Positions 20,051 through 32,476 of a stretch of DNA of 64,000 bases are shown here, in pieces. The stretch lies in NCBI GenBank assembly GCA_963708295.1, contig CAVPSJ010000020.1, positions 32,001 to 96,000 on the forward strand, given 5' to 3'. The notes beneath the pieces were generated by a model, which worked only from the letters and a program-made list of their open reading frames with translations, was not told the DNA's origin and did not search any database. The position numbers and the translations under genes are program-made. The DNA is from an uncultured delta proteobacterium. Lineage in GTDB: Bacteria; Desulfobacterota; BSN033; UBA1163. Each line of letters begins with the position of its first letter. Positions within the stretch are counted from its first letter, which is position 1.

Positions 20051-21606
20051 ATGAAAACGATTCTTATCTCCATCATTATGTTCTTTGTCTTTTATTCCAT
20101 TGGGTTCGCCCAGACTTTGGAGGACCGCATCAAAATATTGGAAGAAACACTTAAAAAACAGGAGCAAACCATCAAAGAGCAACAAAAGCTCATTGAAGAT
20201 TTAAAGGCTGAGATGAAACAGGCAAAGCCTCCAGAACAACAGGTAGTAGCACAACCCAAGGAGACTCTCACCTCCTGCAGGGGCAGGAACCTCAGAAGAC
20301 ATCAACCCTTGAAAAAGTGAAGGAGGTCCTTCTCCCGAAAGAAGGAGAGCCCAAAAAGGACATTCTATCTTACCAGGTGGGCGGAGCGACAATGCGGCTC
20401 ATCGATGTTTCTTTCGATGGTCTGTTTGCCGCTGGAGCATCGACAGCAACAGACAACCAATTGCAAATCTTGCAGAATGGTGACCATGATCCAAGAAAAC
20501 GCGGTTTTACGGTACAGAATGTGGAGCTTTCTTTTATGGGGGCGGTCGATCCCTATTTCAATGCCGAGGCACACATTGTTTATCTCATTGATCCGATCAC
20601 CGGAGATTCACGGGTTGAGTTAGAGGAAGCCTTCTTTACCACACAAAAGTTGCCCTACGGGCTTCAGTTAAAGGGAGGTCAGTTCGTCACCGAGTTCGGG
20701 ATCATCAATTCGCAGCACCCCCATCAGTGGGATTGGCAGGATGCGCCGATCATCAATACGCGTCTCTTTGGCCCTGATGGGATGAGAGGCCCTGGATTCC
20801 GAGCGGGGTGGCTCACGCCTCTCCCGTGGTACTCTGAAGTCTACTTTGGCATGCAAAATGCCAATGGCGAAACAATGGCCAGCTTCCTTGCGAACAGAGA
20901 ATTTTTTGAAGAACGCCCTGTAGGGGGTCGGCCCTTTGTAGACCGGAGTGTCAAAAGTTTGCAAGACCTTGCCTACCTCGGCCGCTGGGTCAATTCATGG
21001 GACTTAAGTGATGAAGTGACCATGAAGCTGGGCTTTTCAGGGGCCTACGGTCCAAATGCAACAGGTTCTGATGGTCAGACTTGGATCTATGGTTCTGATC
21101 TCAAACTAAAATGGCGTCCGGTGAACAATTTTCGGGGATGGCCCTTCCTTCTGCTGCAATCGGAAGTCATGGGGCGTAATTACCGGGCAGACAGTTTCTT
21201 AAGTCCAGGACCCGACGGGATTTTTGGAACTGGTGATGATATTAGGCTACCACATGAAACGCTTAAAGACTGGGGATTTTATTCCCAGTTGCTCTGGGGA
21301 TTCCGGAATAATTGGGCAACGGGAATCCGATTTGAATATGTCAGTGGAAGCGGAAATAGCGTTAACGTTGATTTCCTAACGGGGACGGTAAACGTGCTGT
21401 CCAGAAACCAAGATCCTTTCCGGGACAACCGTTACCGCATCTCTCCTCTGCTCGTGTGGCAGCCCACAGAATTCTCACGCTTTCGACTCCAATATAACTA
21501 CGATCATAATAAAGAGGTACTCCCAGGCTTCAGCCATCGGGCTGCCTCTTCTGTGTGGTTAGGGGCCGAAATCATGCTCGGTGCCCATGCGGCCCATAAG
21601 TACTAA
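20051..21606 (+). CDS. Metal-uptake-associated outer-membrane beta-barrel (frameshift near 20270-20320)
   Basis: Signal peptide, coiled coil, ELSFMGAVDPYF, NSQHPHQW, C-terminal GAHAAHKY. Confidence 0.75.
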
Positions 21607-21623
21607 ACGAAAGGAGTGACTTC

Positions 21624-22687
21624 ATGCGAAATTCACTTTTGATAATTGCCACATGCCTTGTCGGGCTGTTTCTCCTTTTTCCGTCGATATTCCATGTCCC
21701 TTTATCCATGCCCAGGGGGCCTCCAAACCCCTCCAGGTCTGTGCCACAGTTCCAGATCTGGGGAACCTCGCACAGGAAATAGGGGGTGACCAGGTTAAGA
21801 TTACCGTCTTCGCCAAAAGCCAGGAAGATCCCCACTTCGTCGAGGCCAAACCCAGCTTCATCAAGGCCTTGAGTCAGGCAGACCTCTTTCTCCAGATCGG
21901 TATGGAGTTGGAGATCGGATACGCCCCTGTCCTCCTGCAGAATGCCAGAAATAGCCGGGTCCTCGTCGGAGCCCCGGGGTATGTGGATTGCTCTAAGGTG
22001 ATAACCCCCATGGAGGTTCCAACAGGGATTGTGGATCGTTCCATGGGCGATGTCCATCCTTTAGGGAATCCCCATTACTTATTGGATCCATTGAATGGTC
22101 TCCTCGTTGCTCGGCTGATCAGGGACAGGCTTATAGAACTCCGGCCGGAGAAGAAGGCGTTCTTCGAAGAACGCTATACGATGCTCTACCGCAAAATGGG
22201 CGACGCACTGGTAGGAGAGAAGTTGGCCCGAAAATACGAATTTGAAAAATTAGCCATTTTATACGAGGAAAGGAAGCTCGAGCCTTTTCTTAAGGACCAG
22301 AAGGAAGAAGGTTCGCTCGGAGGTTGGTTGGGGATGATGCTTCCCTACCGGGGAAGCAAGGTTGTTGCTGACCACAATCTGTGGCCTTATTTTGCTCGAA
22401 GATTTGGCATTTCATTGGTTGGTTTTCTTGAGCCAAAGCCCGGGATTTCCCCCACCACGAAGCATCTCCAGGCTTTGGTAGAGCAGATGAAGGCTGAAAG
22501 GGTTAAGGTCATTTTATCTTCACCTTACTTCGAGATTCGCTATGCTCAGTTCGTGGCAAAAAATACGGGTGCTAAAATTGTTCTCTTCGCCCATCAGGTG
22601 GGTTCGCGCCCGGGAACAGATAGTTATATCCGGATGATTGATTATAATGTCCGGGAACTGGCGAGGGTTTTGGGAACCCAATCCTGA
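21624..22687 (+). CDS. Zn/Mn/Fe ABC substrate-binding protein (ZnuA/TroA family; frameshift in signal peptide)
   Basis: EDPHFVE, GDVHPLGNPHYLLDP, EPKPGISPT. Confidence 0.88.
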
Positions 22688-22773
22688 TGTTGCCAACTCT
22701 TCCCAGGTGTGCAATGATGGATGTCAAGGGCCGTGTCTAAGAAGTATAGCCGAAGGAATGGATCAGTGGGAAA

Positions 22774-23544
22774 ATGGAGAATGATCAAGTCGTCCTCGAA
22801 GTAAGCGGGCTATCGTTAGCTTATGGCAGAAGAACGGTTCTCCGGGAAGTCAATCTGCGGGTGATGGCCGGCGAATTCTGGTTCTTCCTCGGACCCAACG
22901 GTGTCGGCAAAACCACTCTTGTCAAGGCCTTGCTTGGGATGCTGCCTATCCAGGAGGGGAAGATTTTTCTCAATCCCAGTTTAGCCAGCCGGGAGTTGAT
23001 TGGATTCGTTCCCCAGCGTTGCGATCTCAATCCCACGTTGTCTACGACGGTGAGCGAGTTCGTGCTCCTGGGCCTTACCGGTTTGCGGATGAAGAGGAAG
23101 GAGACGCTCGAACGGCTTGCTTGGGCCCTTGAGAAGATGAATCTCGAAGACATGAGAATGAGGAACTACTGGTCCCTTTCAGGCGGACAGCGTCAAAGGG
23201 CTCTGGTCGCCCGGGCTCTGGTGCGGCGGCCAAAACTCCTCATCGCCGACGAAGCGACGAAAGACCTGGACCTTTCTACCACCATTGCGCTCATGCAATC
23301 TTTAGCCGGTCTCAATCGAAACGAAAATCTCACCGTTCTTTTCATAACCCATGATCTGCCCTTGGCGGCCCGTTTCTGTACCCACACGGCTCTCTTCATC
23401 AATGGTTTCGTCCGATCTGGAAGCTGTCAGGTCGTATTAAACTCGGAAGACCTCGAAAGGGCCTATGGGGTCCCTGTATGGATTCACCAGGACCCCACGG
23501 GCGCCCTGAGCGTCCATATCGACGGAAGTGGGACACCTCCATGA
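22774..23544 (+). CDS. Metal ABC transporter ATPase
   Basis: GPNGVGKT, LSGGQRQR, IADE, ITHD. Confidence 0.9.
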   Translation: MENDQVVLEVSGLSLAYGRRTVLREVNLRVMAGEFWFFLGPNGVGKTTLVKALLGMLPIQEGKIFLNPSLASRELIGFVPQRCDLNPTLSTTVSEFVLLGLTGLRMKRKETLERLAWALEKMNLEDMRMRNYWSLSGGQRQRALVARALVRRPKLLIADEATKDLDLSTTIALMQSLAGLNRNENLTVLFITHDLPLAARFCTHTALFINGFVRSGSCQVVLNSEDLERAYGVPVWIHQDPTGALSVHIDGSGTPP

Positions 23545-24401
23545 TTCAAAGTTTTCTCTCATCCTGGGCCCTTTTTCACCAGAGCTATCTGACCGGATGG
23601 CTGATCTGCCTCCTGCTGTCCATCATCGGCGTTTTGGTCGTCGCCCGAGATCAAATCTTCATCGGGGCTGCCGTTTCCCAGGCATCAACGCTCGGGATAG
23701 CCCTCACGATGTGGGCAGCCCTTGTGTTTCAATTAGAACGGTTTCCATGGTTTCAATCAGACGTCTTCTTCTCCGCCATGGCAGTGATCTTCTCCATTCT
23801 GGCTGCGTCGATCACAGGCCGGGGAGGCGAAACCGGGAAAGAGAGCCACGAAGCCATTACAGGTTGGGTCTTCCTTATTTCAGCCAGCCTTTCCATTCTC
23901 ATCGTTTCCCATAGTCCCCATGGACTGGAAGAAATCCATCGGCTTCTTTCGTCCAGCATCATCGGGGCAACAACCTCCGATATCTGGACCTTTAGCCTCC
24001 TCACTCTCCTTACGGCTCTCCTGATCCTCCTCTTCTATCGGAAGATTCTCCTATTTACGCTCGATCCTTCGATGGCATCAGCCATAGGCATGAAAATGAA
24101 GATCTGGGGGCTGGCTACTTCAGCCTGGCTGGGGCTTGCCATAGGACTCTCGATCCGGGCCTCCGGGATGCTCTATACCTTCGGATGCCTCGTTCTTCCG
24201 GCTCTCGTGGCAAAGAATCTATGTCGGGAGGTGCGATACATGTTTCTGGTGGCACCTATCGTTGCTGTAGGAACCGGTGCCATCGGTTTTTTGTTAGCCA
24301 ATCAATATGATTACCCGCCAGGACAGATGACCGTCGCCTTGTTTTGTTTAGGGCTGACCATCGCATGGATTTTTCGAAGGGTGAGGAAAGCAAAAAGCTG
24401 A
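23541..24401 (+). CDS. Metal ABC transporter permease (ZnuB-like)
   Basis: Polytopic; FIGAAVSQ, FTLDPSMA, LVLPA. Confidence 0.88.
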   Translation: MIQSFLSSWALFHQSYLTGWLICLLLSIIGVLVVARDQIFIGAAVSQASTLGIALTMWAALVFQLERFPWFQSDVFFSAMAVIFSILAASITGRGGETGKESHEAITGWVFLISASLSILIVSHSPHGLEEIHRLLSSSIIGATTSDIWTFSLLTLLTALLILLFYRKILLFTLDPSMASAIGMKMKIWGLATSAWLGLAIGLSIRASGMLYTFGCLVLPALVAKNLCREVRYMFLVAPIVAVGTGAIGFLLANQYDYPPGQMTVALFCLGLTIAWIFRRVRKAKS

Positions 24402-24464
24402 ACGAGGGTTGGCTTAAACTTTTTTTGTTTATTTTCTTTTAACTTGAAATTCTGCCTGTATCCG

Positions 24465-24750
24465 CAAAAGAGGGAAAGGGTTGCGATTGTTGGAGCCCTA
24501 ATGTAGGGGGGAATGTTCTTTTCGAGAAGGCTCACCGGGACCTGTGTGACGGTATCAAATTATCCCAGGACCACGGGAAAAGTATCTTGCGGAAAAGGAA
24601 ACCCTGGGGGCGAGATCTTCGCGGTAATCAATAGTCCGGGGATGAATTCCTTTCCTCGCAGCACTGAAAAGGAACAGGTAGCCCGCTTCATCTAAAAGAG
24701 AGGCCTAACGTGTGTCCTCCACGTGGTCGATGCCAAGAACCTACGGCCCT
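24465..24750 (+). pseudogene. feoB: Degenerate FeoB G-domain fragment
   Basis: Across frames: RVAIVG-PNVG, RLTG..VTVSNYPRTT, VINSPG, VLHVVDAKNL; contains stops, substitutions and frameshifts. Confidence 0.7.
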
Positions 24751-24777
24751 GAGTCCAGAGTCAAAAGGAGGTTTAAG

Positions 24778-25615
24778 ATGAAAGGGCTAAAGAGGTTCTT
24801 GGAAATTCGTCGGTCTGCTGCTGGTTATTCTATCCGGGATGTCAGTTCCATCCTTCGCGGAAGAAAAGGAGAGCAAAGAAACGAAAAAGATTCAGGACAA
24901 CTCTTTCTTGATTGAGGAAGCATACAATCAAGAGCCGGGGGTCATCCAGCATATCCAAACATTTCAGTATATGAAAGACGGAACATGGGGGTACACCTTC
25001 ACGCAGGAATGGCCAATCAAAGGACAGACGCACCAGTTTTCCTACACCATTCCAGTCTCTCATTTGACTGATCCAGGGCGAACCGGTATGGGTGACGTGG
25101 CTCTGAACTATCGGTATCAGCTTATCAATAAAGAAAGGATTGCGATGGCTCCCAGATTCTCCCTGCTGCTCCCCACCGGAAGTGTCAAGAAGGATTTTGG
25201 CAGGGGTACCGTGGGGTTTCAGACAAACATCCCGCTCAGCTTAGAGCTTTCCGACAAATGGGTGACTCACTGGAACATGGGAGTGACATTTACGCCGAAT
25301 AGAAAGGGACCGGATGGAGGAAAGGCCAACACCTTCGACTTCAATGCGGGAGCAAGTGTGATCTACCTGTTGTCAGAAAACTTGAACCTGATGCTCGAAG
25401 CGGCTTGGAATTCCAACCAATCTGTTGAAGCGAATGGGACAAGAGAGATAAACTATACATTCTTTATCAATCCGGGGGTTCGTTACGCGATCGACTTTAA
25501 ATCAGGCCTTCAGATTGTGCCTGGGGTTGGCTTTCCAATTGGGGTGGGACCTTCCCGGAATGAATATGGTGTATTTTTATACCTCTCTTTTGAGCATCCA
25601 TTATCATTATTCTAG
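24778..25615 (+). CDS. Outer-membrane 'transporter' beta-barrel (MetA-pathway-like); frameshift in signal peptide
   Basis: RBS AAGGAGG; IQDNSFLIEEAYNQEPG, GMGDVALNYRYQ, LLPTG, YLSFEHP. Confidence 0.75.
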
Positions 25616-25629
25616 CAGAAAAAATTGTC

Positions 25630-25814
25630 CGCCTCCAGATTTCAGGCATGACACGGGCACGGAGTTCGATCTGCCTATCTCTTACAAGTTGACCAAGGGA
25701 ATATCTTTCATCGTGGGGCTAGAAAAGTTCTATACGGGCCGCTTTTTCGAGCAGGCTTCTGGAAGCAAAAGAAACATCGAGTATGCTTATATCCAGGCTC
25801 AAGTGGAGTTTTAG
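25630..25814 (+). pseudogene. C-terminal remnant of an alginate-export-like porin
   Basis: GTEFDL..SYKL...YAYIQAQVEF* with terminal Phe; no start codon or N-terminal part. Confidence 0.5.
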
Positions 25815-26115
25815 CGGGCTGAATAAAGGAAACGCTCCTCGGTTGTGTTGCAGATGCAAAGAGGAACGGTTTAAGTTCTACAAAGGATTTCAGGCACCCA
25901 TTTCAGCTAGGATGGGGTTCAACCTGCCTTTATGGACTGCAAAACGAAATAGTCTGGATTTCTCAATAGAAAATACTGTTTCACCCCATTCAAGAATGGA
26001 GCTATTTGGATCAAAATGATTCTAATCCTGTAAGGACAGTCCCCTGGGGAGAACAGTAATTCGCGTGGAATTCTGGATTTTGCGTTTGAATACTTTTTCA
26101 TGAGGTCCGTGAAAC

Positions 26116-28160
26116 ATGCCCCGTGATATCCCTGTAGGAAATGGGACGTTGCTGATCACGTTTGATCAGGATTACTGCCTGAGAGATATTTATTATCCCT
26201 TTGTCGGGAAAGAGAATCATACGGATGGACATAAGTTCAGATTGGGGGTCTGGGTCGATGGCAAGTTCGATTGGGTCAAGAGCGACTGGGGGCTCCGTCT
26301 CGATTATGCCTATGAAATGCTGATGACCCAGGTGACCGCATCCAATGATCCTCTCGGAGTCAGTCTTCACTGCCATGATATGGTAGACTACAGAGAAAAC
26401 ATCTATATCAAGAAGATCCTTCTGAAAAATCTCGTCAATCGAGAAAGGGAGTTTCGCCTCTTTTTCCACCATGACTTTCATATCCTCGAATCTCCGGCGG
26501 GAGATACGGCCTATTACGATCCTGATGAGAAGGCCATCATCCATTATAAAGAAAACCGCTATTTCTTGATGAGCGGCATACGGAATCAACAACAGGGGAT
26601 AGACCAGTATGCAACCGGAATAAAGGAGTTTCACGGGCTGGAAGGCACGTGGAAGGATGCTGAAGATGGAAGGCTCGAAGGAAGTCCCATTGCACAGGGT
26701 TCCGTGGACTCCACCCTGTCTTTTTCGATAAACGTCAAACCCGAGGGAGAGCAAACGATCTATTACTGGATGGCGGCAGGAAAGGACTATACTGAAGTGA
26801 GCCGGCTAAATAAGATGATTATGGGCCATGGGGCAGAATATTTTATCAGGCGGACAGGCAATTACTGGAGTGCCTGGTTAAACAAGGAAAAGATCTATTT
26901 CTCAAATCTTCCAGCAAAGATTGTTGAGCAATATAAGAAGAGCCTCCTGATATTAAGGACGAATATTGATTCCAATGGAGCCATCATTGCAGGAAATGAT
27001 TCGGACATTCAGCATTTTGCAAGGGATACCTATAGTTATATGTGGCCGAGGGATGGAGCCCTGACTGCCCATGCCCTGGATATGGCGGGTTATCTCGGAA
27101 TCACACGACATTTTTTTGATTTCTGCCTCAATATCATCAGTAAGGGTAAAGAATCCTCAGGATATTTCCTCCATAAATATAACCCCGATGGTTCTCTCGG
27201 GAGTTCATGGCATCCATGGGTCAACGCTCATGAAAAAATACTGCCGATCCAGGAGGATGGGACAGGGTTGGTCGTCTGGGCGTTGTGGTTCCATTTTGAT
27301 AGATTCAGGGATATCGAATTTACTGCCAAGCAGTATGAAAATCTTGTGATCCGGTGTGGAGACTTCCTCGCATCGTATCAGAGACGGTAAAACGGGACTT
27401 CCGCTTCCATCCTACGACCTGTGGGAAGAAAAATGGGGGATCCACACCTTCACCGTATCAACGGTCTACGCCGGAATTCGAGCCGCAGAGAAATTCGCCA
27501 GTCTCTTCAAAGATGACAAGGAGAATCAAGATATACCAGAAGGCAGCAGAGGAAGTGAAGGCAGCCATGGATCAATACCTCTACAGCGAAGAGCATGGGA
27601 GGTTTTTAAAAACCATCGTCCCCAGAAAGGATGGTTCTTTTGATTTAGATCTTACCATCGATGCCAGTATTTATGCCCCCTTCTATTTTGGCGTCTTCGA
27701 ACCGGATGATGAAAAGGTTGTCAATACCATGAATGCCATCAAAGAAAGGCTCTGGGTAAAAACGGAGGTCGGCGGAATAGCAAGATACGAAGGGGATCGC
27801 TATCATCAGGTCAGCGATAATATCCAGGATGTCCCGGGAAATCCATGGCTCATATGCACTCTCTGGCTTGCCCAGTGGTATATCGCTAAGGCGCAGACTT
27901 TAGAGGAACTCCAGGAAGCGATCCCGATTCTTGAATGGGTTGCCTCAAGGGCTTTGCCCTCGGGAGTTCTTGCCGAGCAGGTTCACCCCTTTACCAATCA
28001 ACCCCTTTCTGTATCACCCCTCACATGGAGTCATGCAGCATTTGTAACAACCGTCCTTGAATACCTGAATAAGGTGGGGGAGGTTGATATCTGTCCAAGT
28101 TGTGGAAATCCAATGGACAGCCATGAGCATGAAGGTGAAAAGGAGCGCCACCTTTCATGA
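26116..28160 (+). CDS. Glycoside hydrolase family 15 (glucoamylase/trehalase-like); frameshifts near 27380 and 27520
   Basis: YSYMWPRDG, SYDLWEE, GVLAEQ, PLTWSHA. Confidence 0.88.
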
Positions 28161-28175
28161 TGGGGAGGTAAAAAT

Positions 28176-28397
28176 ATGGCAAAAGTGGAAGACAATTATG
28201 AAAATGAAACCATCTGTATTAAATTTTGTGGAGTGTGTCCAACCTATCCCGGTGTTAAAAGTGAGCTATTATTCTGCGCCAGAGGAAAAAGCCGTTCACC
28301 CAAACAGAAATCAGGGTGTAATTGCGGTACGTGTGATATCTGGGACAAATACGATTTGACCGATTTTTACTATTGCATTGAAGGAGCAGCAGAATAG
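28176..28397 (+). CDS. DUF2769-like Cys-rich small protein
   Basis: [25 protein letters not shown]. Confidence 0.8.
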   Translation: MAKVEDNYENETICIKFCGVCPTYPGVKSELLFCARGKSRSPKQKSGCNCGTCDIWDKYDLTDFYYCIEGAAE

Positions 28398-28401
28398 CGA
28401 A

Positions 28402-30471
28402 ATGAAGAACCTTGACGAGCTCTGCATCAACACGATTCGGATGTTATCCGTGGACATGGTCCAGCAAGCCAACTCAGGACATCCGGGAATGCCGATGGGG
28501 GCGGCCCCCATGGCCTATGTCTTCTGGACCAGATTCTTAAGACACAATCCGAATCATCCCAAATGGCCCGATCGTGACCGTTTTGTCCTCTCGGCCGGTC
28601 ATGGCTCGGCACTTCTTTACTCGCTTTTGCATCTCACGGGATACGATTTGCCTATGGAAGAATTGAAACGATTCAGACAATGGGGAAGTAAGACCCCCGG
28701 GCACCCTGAGCATGGAGAGACGCCGGGGGTTGAATCTACCACAGGTCCTCTGGGACAGGGATTCGGAAACGGCGTGGGCATGGCCATCGCCGAGCGTTTT
28801 CTGGCGGCCAGGTTTAATCGTCCGGGGCACGAGATCGTCAATCACTACACCTATGCCATCGTGAGCGACGGAGATTTGATGGAAGGGGTCGCTTCTGAAG
28901 CGGCTTCCTTAGCCGGACACTTCAAGATTGGGAAAGTTGATTTATCTTTACGACAATAACGCCATCACCCTCGCCGGAGAGACGAAGCTGACCTTTACGG
29001 AAGATGTGGGCAAACGTTTTGAGGCCTATGGCTGGCATGTCCAGAGGATCGATGATGGAAATGACGTTGAGGCGATTTCAAAAGCAATCTCAGCGGCTCA
29101 AAATGAAACGGTTCGCCCCTCCCTCATCTCGATTCGGACCCACATCGGTTACGGCAGCCCCCACAAGCAGGATACGTTCGAGGCCCACGGATCTCCTCTC
29201 GGCCCTGACGAGGTCATTGCAACGAAGAAGAACCTCGGGTGGCCCCTTGAGCCGACGTTTTATATCCCGGAGGAGGCTCTGGCCCATTTCAGAAGCGCCG
29301 TTCCGTAAAGGGAGCACAGCTTGAGGAAAAATGGAAGGCCGAGACTGGAGTCCTACGGAAAGGCTTATCCAGAGCTTCGGAAGGAATGGGATCAATGGAT
29401 GAACTCAATCCTTGCCGGAGGGCTGGGATAAGGATATTCCTATCTTTCCCCCGGACCCGAAAGGACTCGCCACGCGGGCTGCCGGAGGTCAGGTGATGAA
29501 TGCCATCGCTTCCACGTCTCAATTTTTTAATCGGAGGCTCGGCAGATTTAAATCCTTCAACCAATACGGTATTGAAAGGGAAAGGAAATTTTCAACCCCC
29601 CGGGTCCGGTGATGGAAGCTATTCAGGGCTCCGTATCCGGTTCATGGGGATATGAAGGGGCCAACGTTGCCTTTGGTGTAAGAGAACATGCCATGGGAAG
29701 CATCCTCAGTGGCATGGCTCTTCACAGGGGGCTGCTTCCCTATCGGGAGCACCTTCTTCGTCTTTTCAGACTATATGAGGCCCGCGATCAGGCTTGCCGC
29801 TCTGATGAAACTCCATGTCATCTATATCTTCACCCATGACTCCATTGCCGTCGGAGAAGACGGGCCGACCCATCAGCCCGTGGAACAACTCTTCAGTCTC
29901 AGGGCCATCCCGAGCCTAACGGTGATCCGGCCCGCAGATGCGAATGAAACGGCTGAGGCATGGAGAATAGCCGTTGAGAATAAGAATGGACCTACCGCGA
30001 TCATCCTGACCAGACAGAATGTCCCGGTGATAGACCGGGGAAGGTTTAGCCCGGCGACGGGGCTCAGAAAGGGGGCTTATATCTTGTCTGATTCGTCCTC
30101 TGGCAAGCCGGAGGTGATCTTGATCGCAACGGGTTCAGAGGTTCATCTCGCTCTGGAGGTTCAGGAGAAGCTTCTGGCGGAGGGCGTAAAAACCCGTGTG
30201 GTCAGCATGCCTTCCTGGGAACTTTTTGAACAACAACCGGAAGACTATCGCCAGGAAGTCCTGCCGCCGGATGTTACCAAAAGGGTGTCTATTGAAGCAG
30301 GAGTTACCCTGGGTTGGCATCGATATGTCGGGAGGGAGGGAGAGATCATCGGCATCGATCATTTTGGAGCCTCGGCTCCCGGGAACATCCTTCTAAAAGA
30401 GTTCGGTTTTACATCCGATCAATATACTGAACAGAGTGAAGACTCTTTTGGCAAAAAAGAAAGGGAGATGA
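28402..30471 (+). CDS. tkt: Transketolase (multiple 1-nt frameshifts)
   Basis: [37 protein letters not shown] spread over several frames. Confidence 0.88.
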
Positions 30472-30473
30472 GA

Positions 30474-30962
30474 ATGGCCATTGCCATCGCCGCAGACCAT
30501 GCCGGATTCTGTTTGAAGTTGCTTATTGTAGAGTTTTTAAAAAACCTCGGACATGATATCGTGGACCTCGGGACTCAAAGCGAAGAACCCGTGGATTATC
30601 CTGACTACGCCCGGGCGGTGGCGCAGGAGATCCTGAGCCGAAGAGTGGAAAGAGGAATCCTGATCTGCGGAAGCGGAGTAGGAGCCTGTGCGGCGGTCAA
30701 CAAGTTTCCCGGCATACGGGCGGCCATTTGCCATGATACCTTTTCGGCCCACCAGGGTGTTGAGGATGATGATCTGAACGTCCTCTGCCTCGGCGCAAGG
30801 GTAATCGGACCTGAGCTCGCGAAAGAGATCGTTCGTGTTTGGCTCTCAGCAGCATTTTCAGGGGCGGAGAGGCACCGCCGGAGACTGGCCAAGATTGACC
30901 AGATAGAAAAAGAATTCATGAAAGCAGGACGAAAGAAACGTGGGGAGGTGGACGATGAATAA
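30474..30962 (+). CDS. rpiB: Ribose-5-phosphate isomerase B
   Basis: ADHAGF, VDYPD, CGSGVG, GARVIG, RHRRRL. Confidence 0.93.
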   Translation: MAIAIAADHAGFCLKLLIVEFLKNLGHDIVDLGTQSEEPVDYPDYARAVAQEILSRRVERGILICGSGVGACAAVNKFPGIRAAICHDTFSAHQGVEDDDLNVLCLGARVIGPELAKEIVRVWLSAAFSGAERHRRRLAKIDQIEKEFMKAGRKKRGEVDDE

Positions 30963-32103
30963 GAACCCGTTAATCGGGCTTAAGGAAATCGGACAGAGCG
31001 CTTGGCTCGACAATCTGAGCAGAAAGCTGATCCACTCGGGCGAATTGAAGCGCCTGATCGATGAAGACGGGTTGAGCGGAATCACCTCCAATCCGACCAT
31101 TTTCCAGAAGGCGATTTCAGGGAGCACTGATTATGATTCTACCCTGCGAAGGATGATCGATCAAGGAGTAAAGGACGAGAAAGAACTTTTTCTCGGGCTG
31201 GCCATGGAAGATGTCTCCGATGCGGCAGATCTCTTGTGGCCTACCTACCAGTCAGCGAATGGGCAGGATGGATTTGTGAGCATCGAAGTGTCTCCTGACC
31301 TTGCTTACGAAACAGATGCAACGATTTCAGAAGCGAGGCGTCTATTCTCAACGATCGGGAAAAAAAACATACTGGTGAAGGTCCCGGGGACGAAACAAGG
31401 GGTCCCTGCGATTGAGGAATTGACGAGCGAAGGGGTCAATGTCAATGTAACCCTTCTCTTTTCGACGGAGCGATATGAAGAGATCGCGGAGGCTTATCTC
31501 AAGGGGCTGGAAAGAAGGGCAAGCAAAGGGCAGCCGATCGATGAAATCGCTTCTGTGGCCAGCTTCTTTGTCAGCCGGGTGGACACACTCGCGGACAAGC
31601 TTCTCGAAGTTCGGCTTTCCTCGGCCGCCTCGAAGACCGAGAAAGATAAATTAGCGAATCTTTTTGGAAAGGCAGCCGTGGCGAATGCAAAGGTCGCCTA
31701 TAAAAAATACAGGAACATCTTCTCCGGCCGACGTTTTCTCGCTTTAAAAGCAAAAGGCGGCCACATCCAACGAATATTATGGGGAAGTACGGGAACAAAA
31801 AATCCCAAGTATAGCGATATCAAGTATGTGGAGGAGTTAATTGCTCCCGACAGCATCAACACGCTTCCAGAAGCAACCATCAAGGCCTTTAAGGACCATG
31901 GTCAAGTGAAGATCACCATTCACAATGATCTTGGAGACGCTGAAAAGGTGTTTCCTGAGCTGAAGTCGATGGGAGTAGACATCCGTGAAGTGACGGACCA
32001 GCTGGAAAAAGAAGGGGTTCAGCTCTTCTCCGACTCCTTCTTTGCTCTGTTGAAGGAGATCGCAAAGAAGAGAGATTTGTTTTTGATGCAACCACATTCC
32101 TAA
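30955..32103 (+). CDS. tal: Transaldolase
   Basis: [30 protein letters not shown]. Confidence 0.94.
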   Translation: MNKNPLIGLKEIGQSAWLDNLSRKLIHSGELKRLIDEDGLSGITSNPTIFQKAISGSTDYDSTLRRMIDQGVKDEKELFLGLAMEDVSDAADLLWPTYQSANGQDGFVSIEVSPDLAYETDATISEARRLFSTIGKKNILVKVPGTKQGVPAIEELTSEGVNVNVTLLFSTERYEEIAEAYLKGLERRASKGQPIDEIASVASFFVSRVDTLADKLLEVRLSSAASKTEKDKLANLFGKAAVANAKVAYKKYRNIFSGRRFLALKAKGGHIQRILWGSTGTKNPKYSDIKYVEELIAPDSINTLPEATIKAFKDHGQVKITIHNDLGDAEKVFPELKSMGVDIREVTDQLEKEGVQLFSDSFFALLKEIAKKRDLFLMQPHS

Positions 32104-32113
32104 GGAGTCGAAT

Positions 32114-32390
32114 CCCATCCCCCTCCCGACCTCCCCCTTGAAAGGGGAGGAGGGGGTTGATTACCTCTCCCTTGAAGGGGGAGGAAGGTACTGTTTCCCC
32201 TCCCCTTCAGGGGGAGGGAAAGCCCTGAACCATGTAAGGTTCAGGACCAACCATGCATCCCACGTGGTACATGGGGTGGGGTAAACGGATGTCTAGTCAA
32301 TTACGGACCGATTAATGACTCTCATTTCACTCAATGGATTGCCCCTCACCCTATCCCTCTCCCACCGGGGAGAGGGGAAGGTGAGGGGGG
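32114..32390. repeat. Compound family-A palindromic repeat cluster
   Basis: Three CCCCTT(G/C)A..GGGG hairpins, nested CCTGAACC..GGTTCAGG and CCATG..CATGG hairpins, and a CCCCTCACC...GGTGAGGGG hairpin. Confidence 0.75.
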
Positions 32391-32476
32391 CCTAGTTTTC
32401 ATACCCGCTGCGAGCCCTGCACCGCATGGTGTACAGGGCAAGCAACGGGACTTTCTAACGGGGTAAAGGAGAAACT

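Noticed and set aside
29688-30962. Apparent transketolase-RpiB fusion ORF
   Set aside because: Caused by an indel near 30420; the shifted frame gives a normal tkt end ([13 protein letters not shown] 30471) and rpiB has its own ATG
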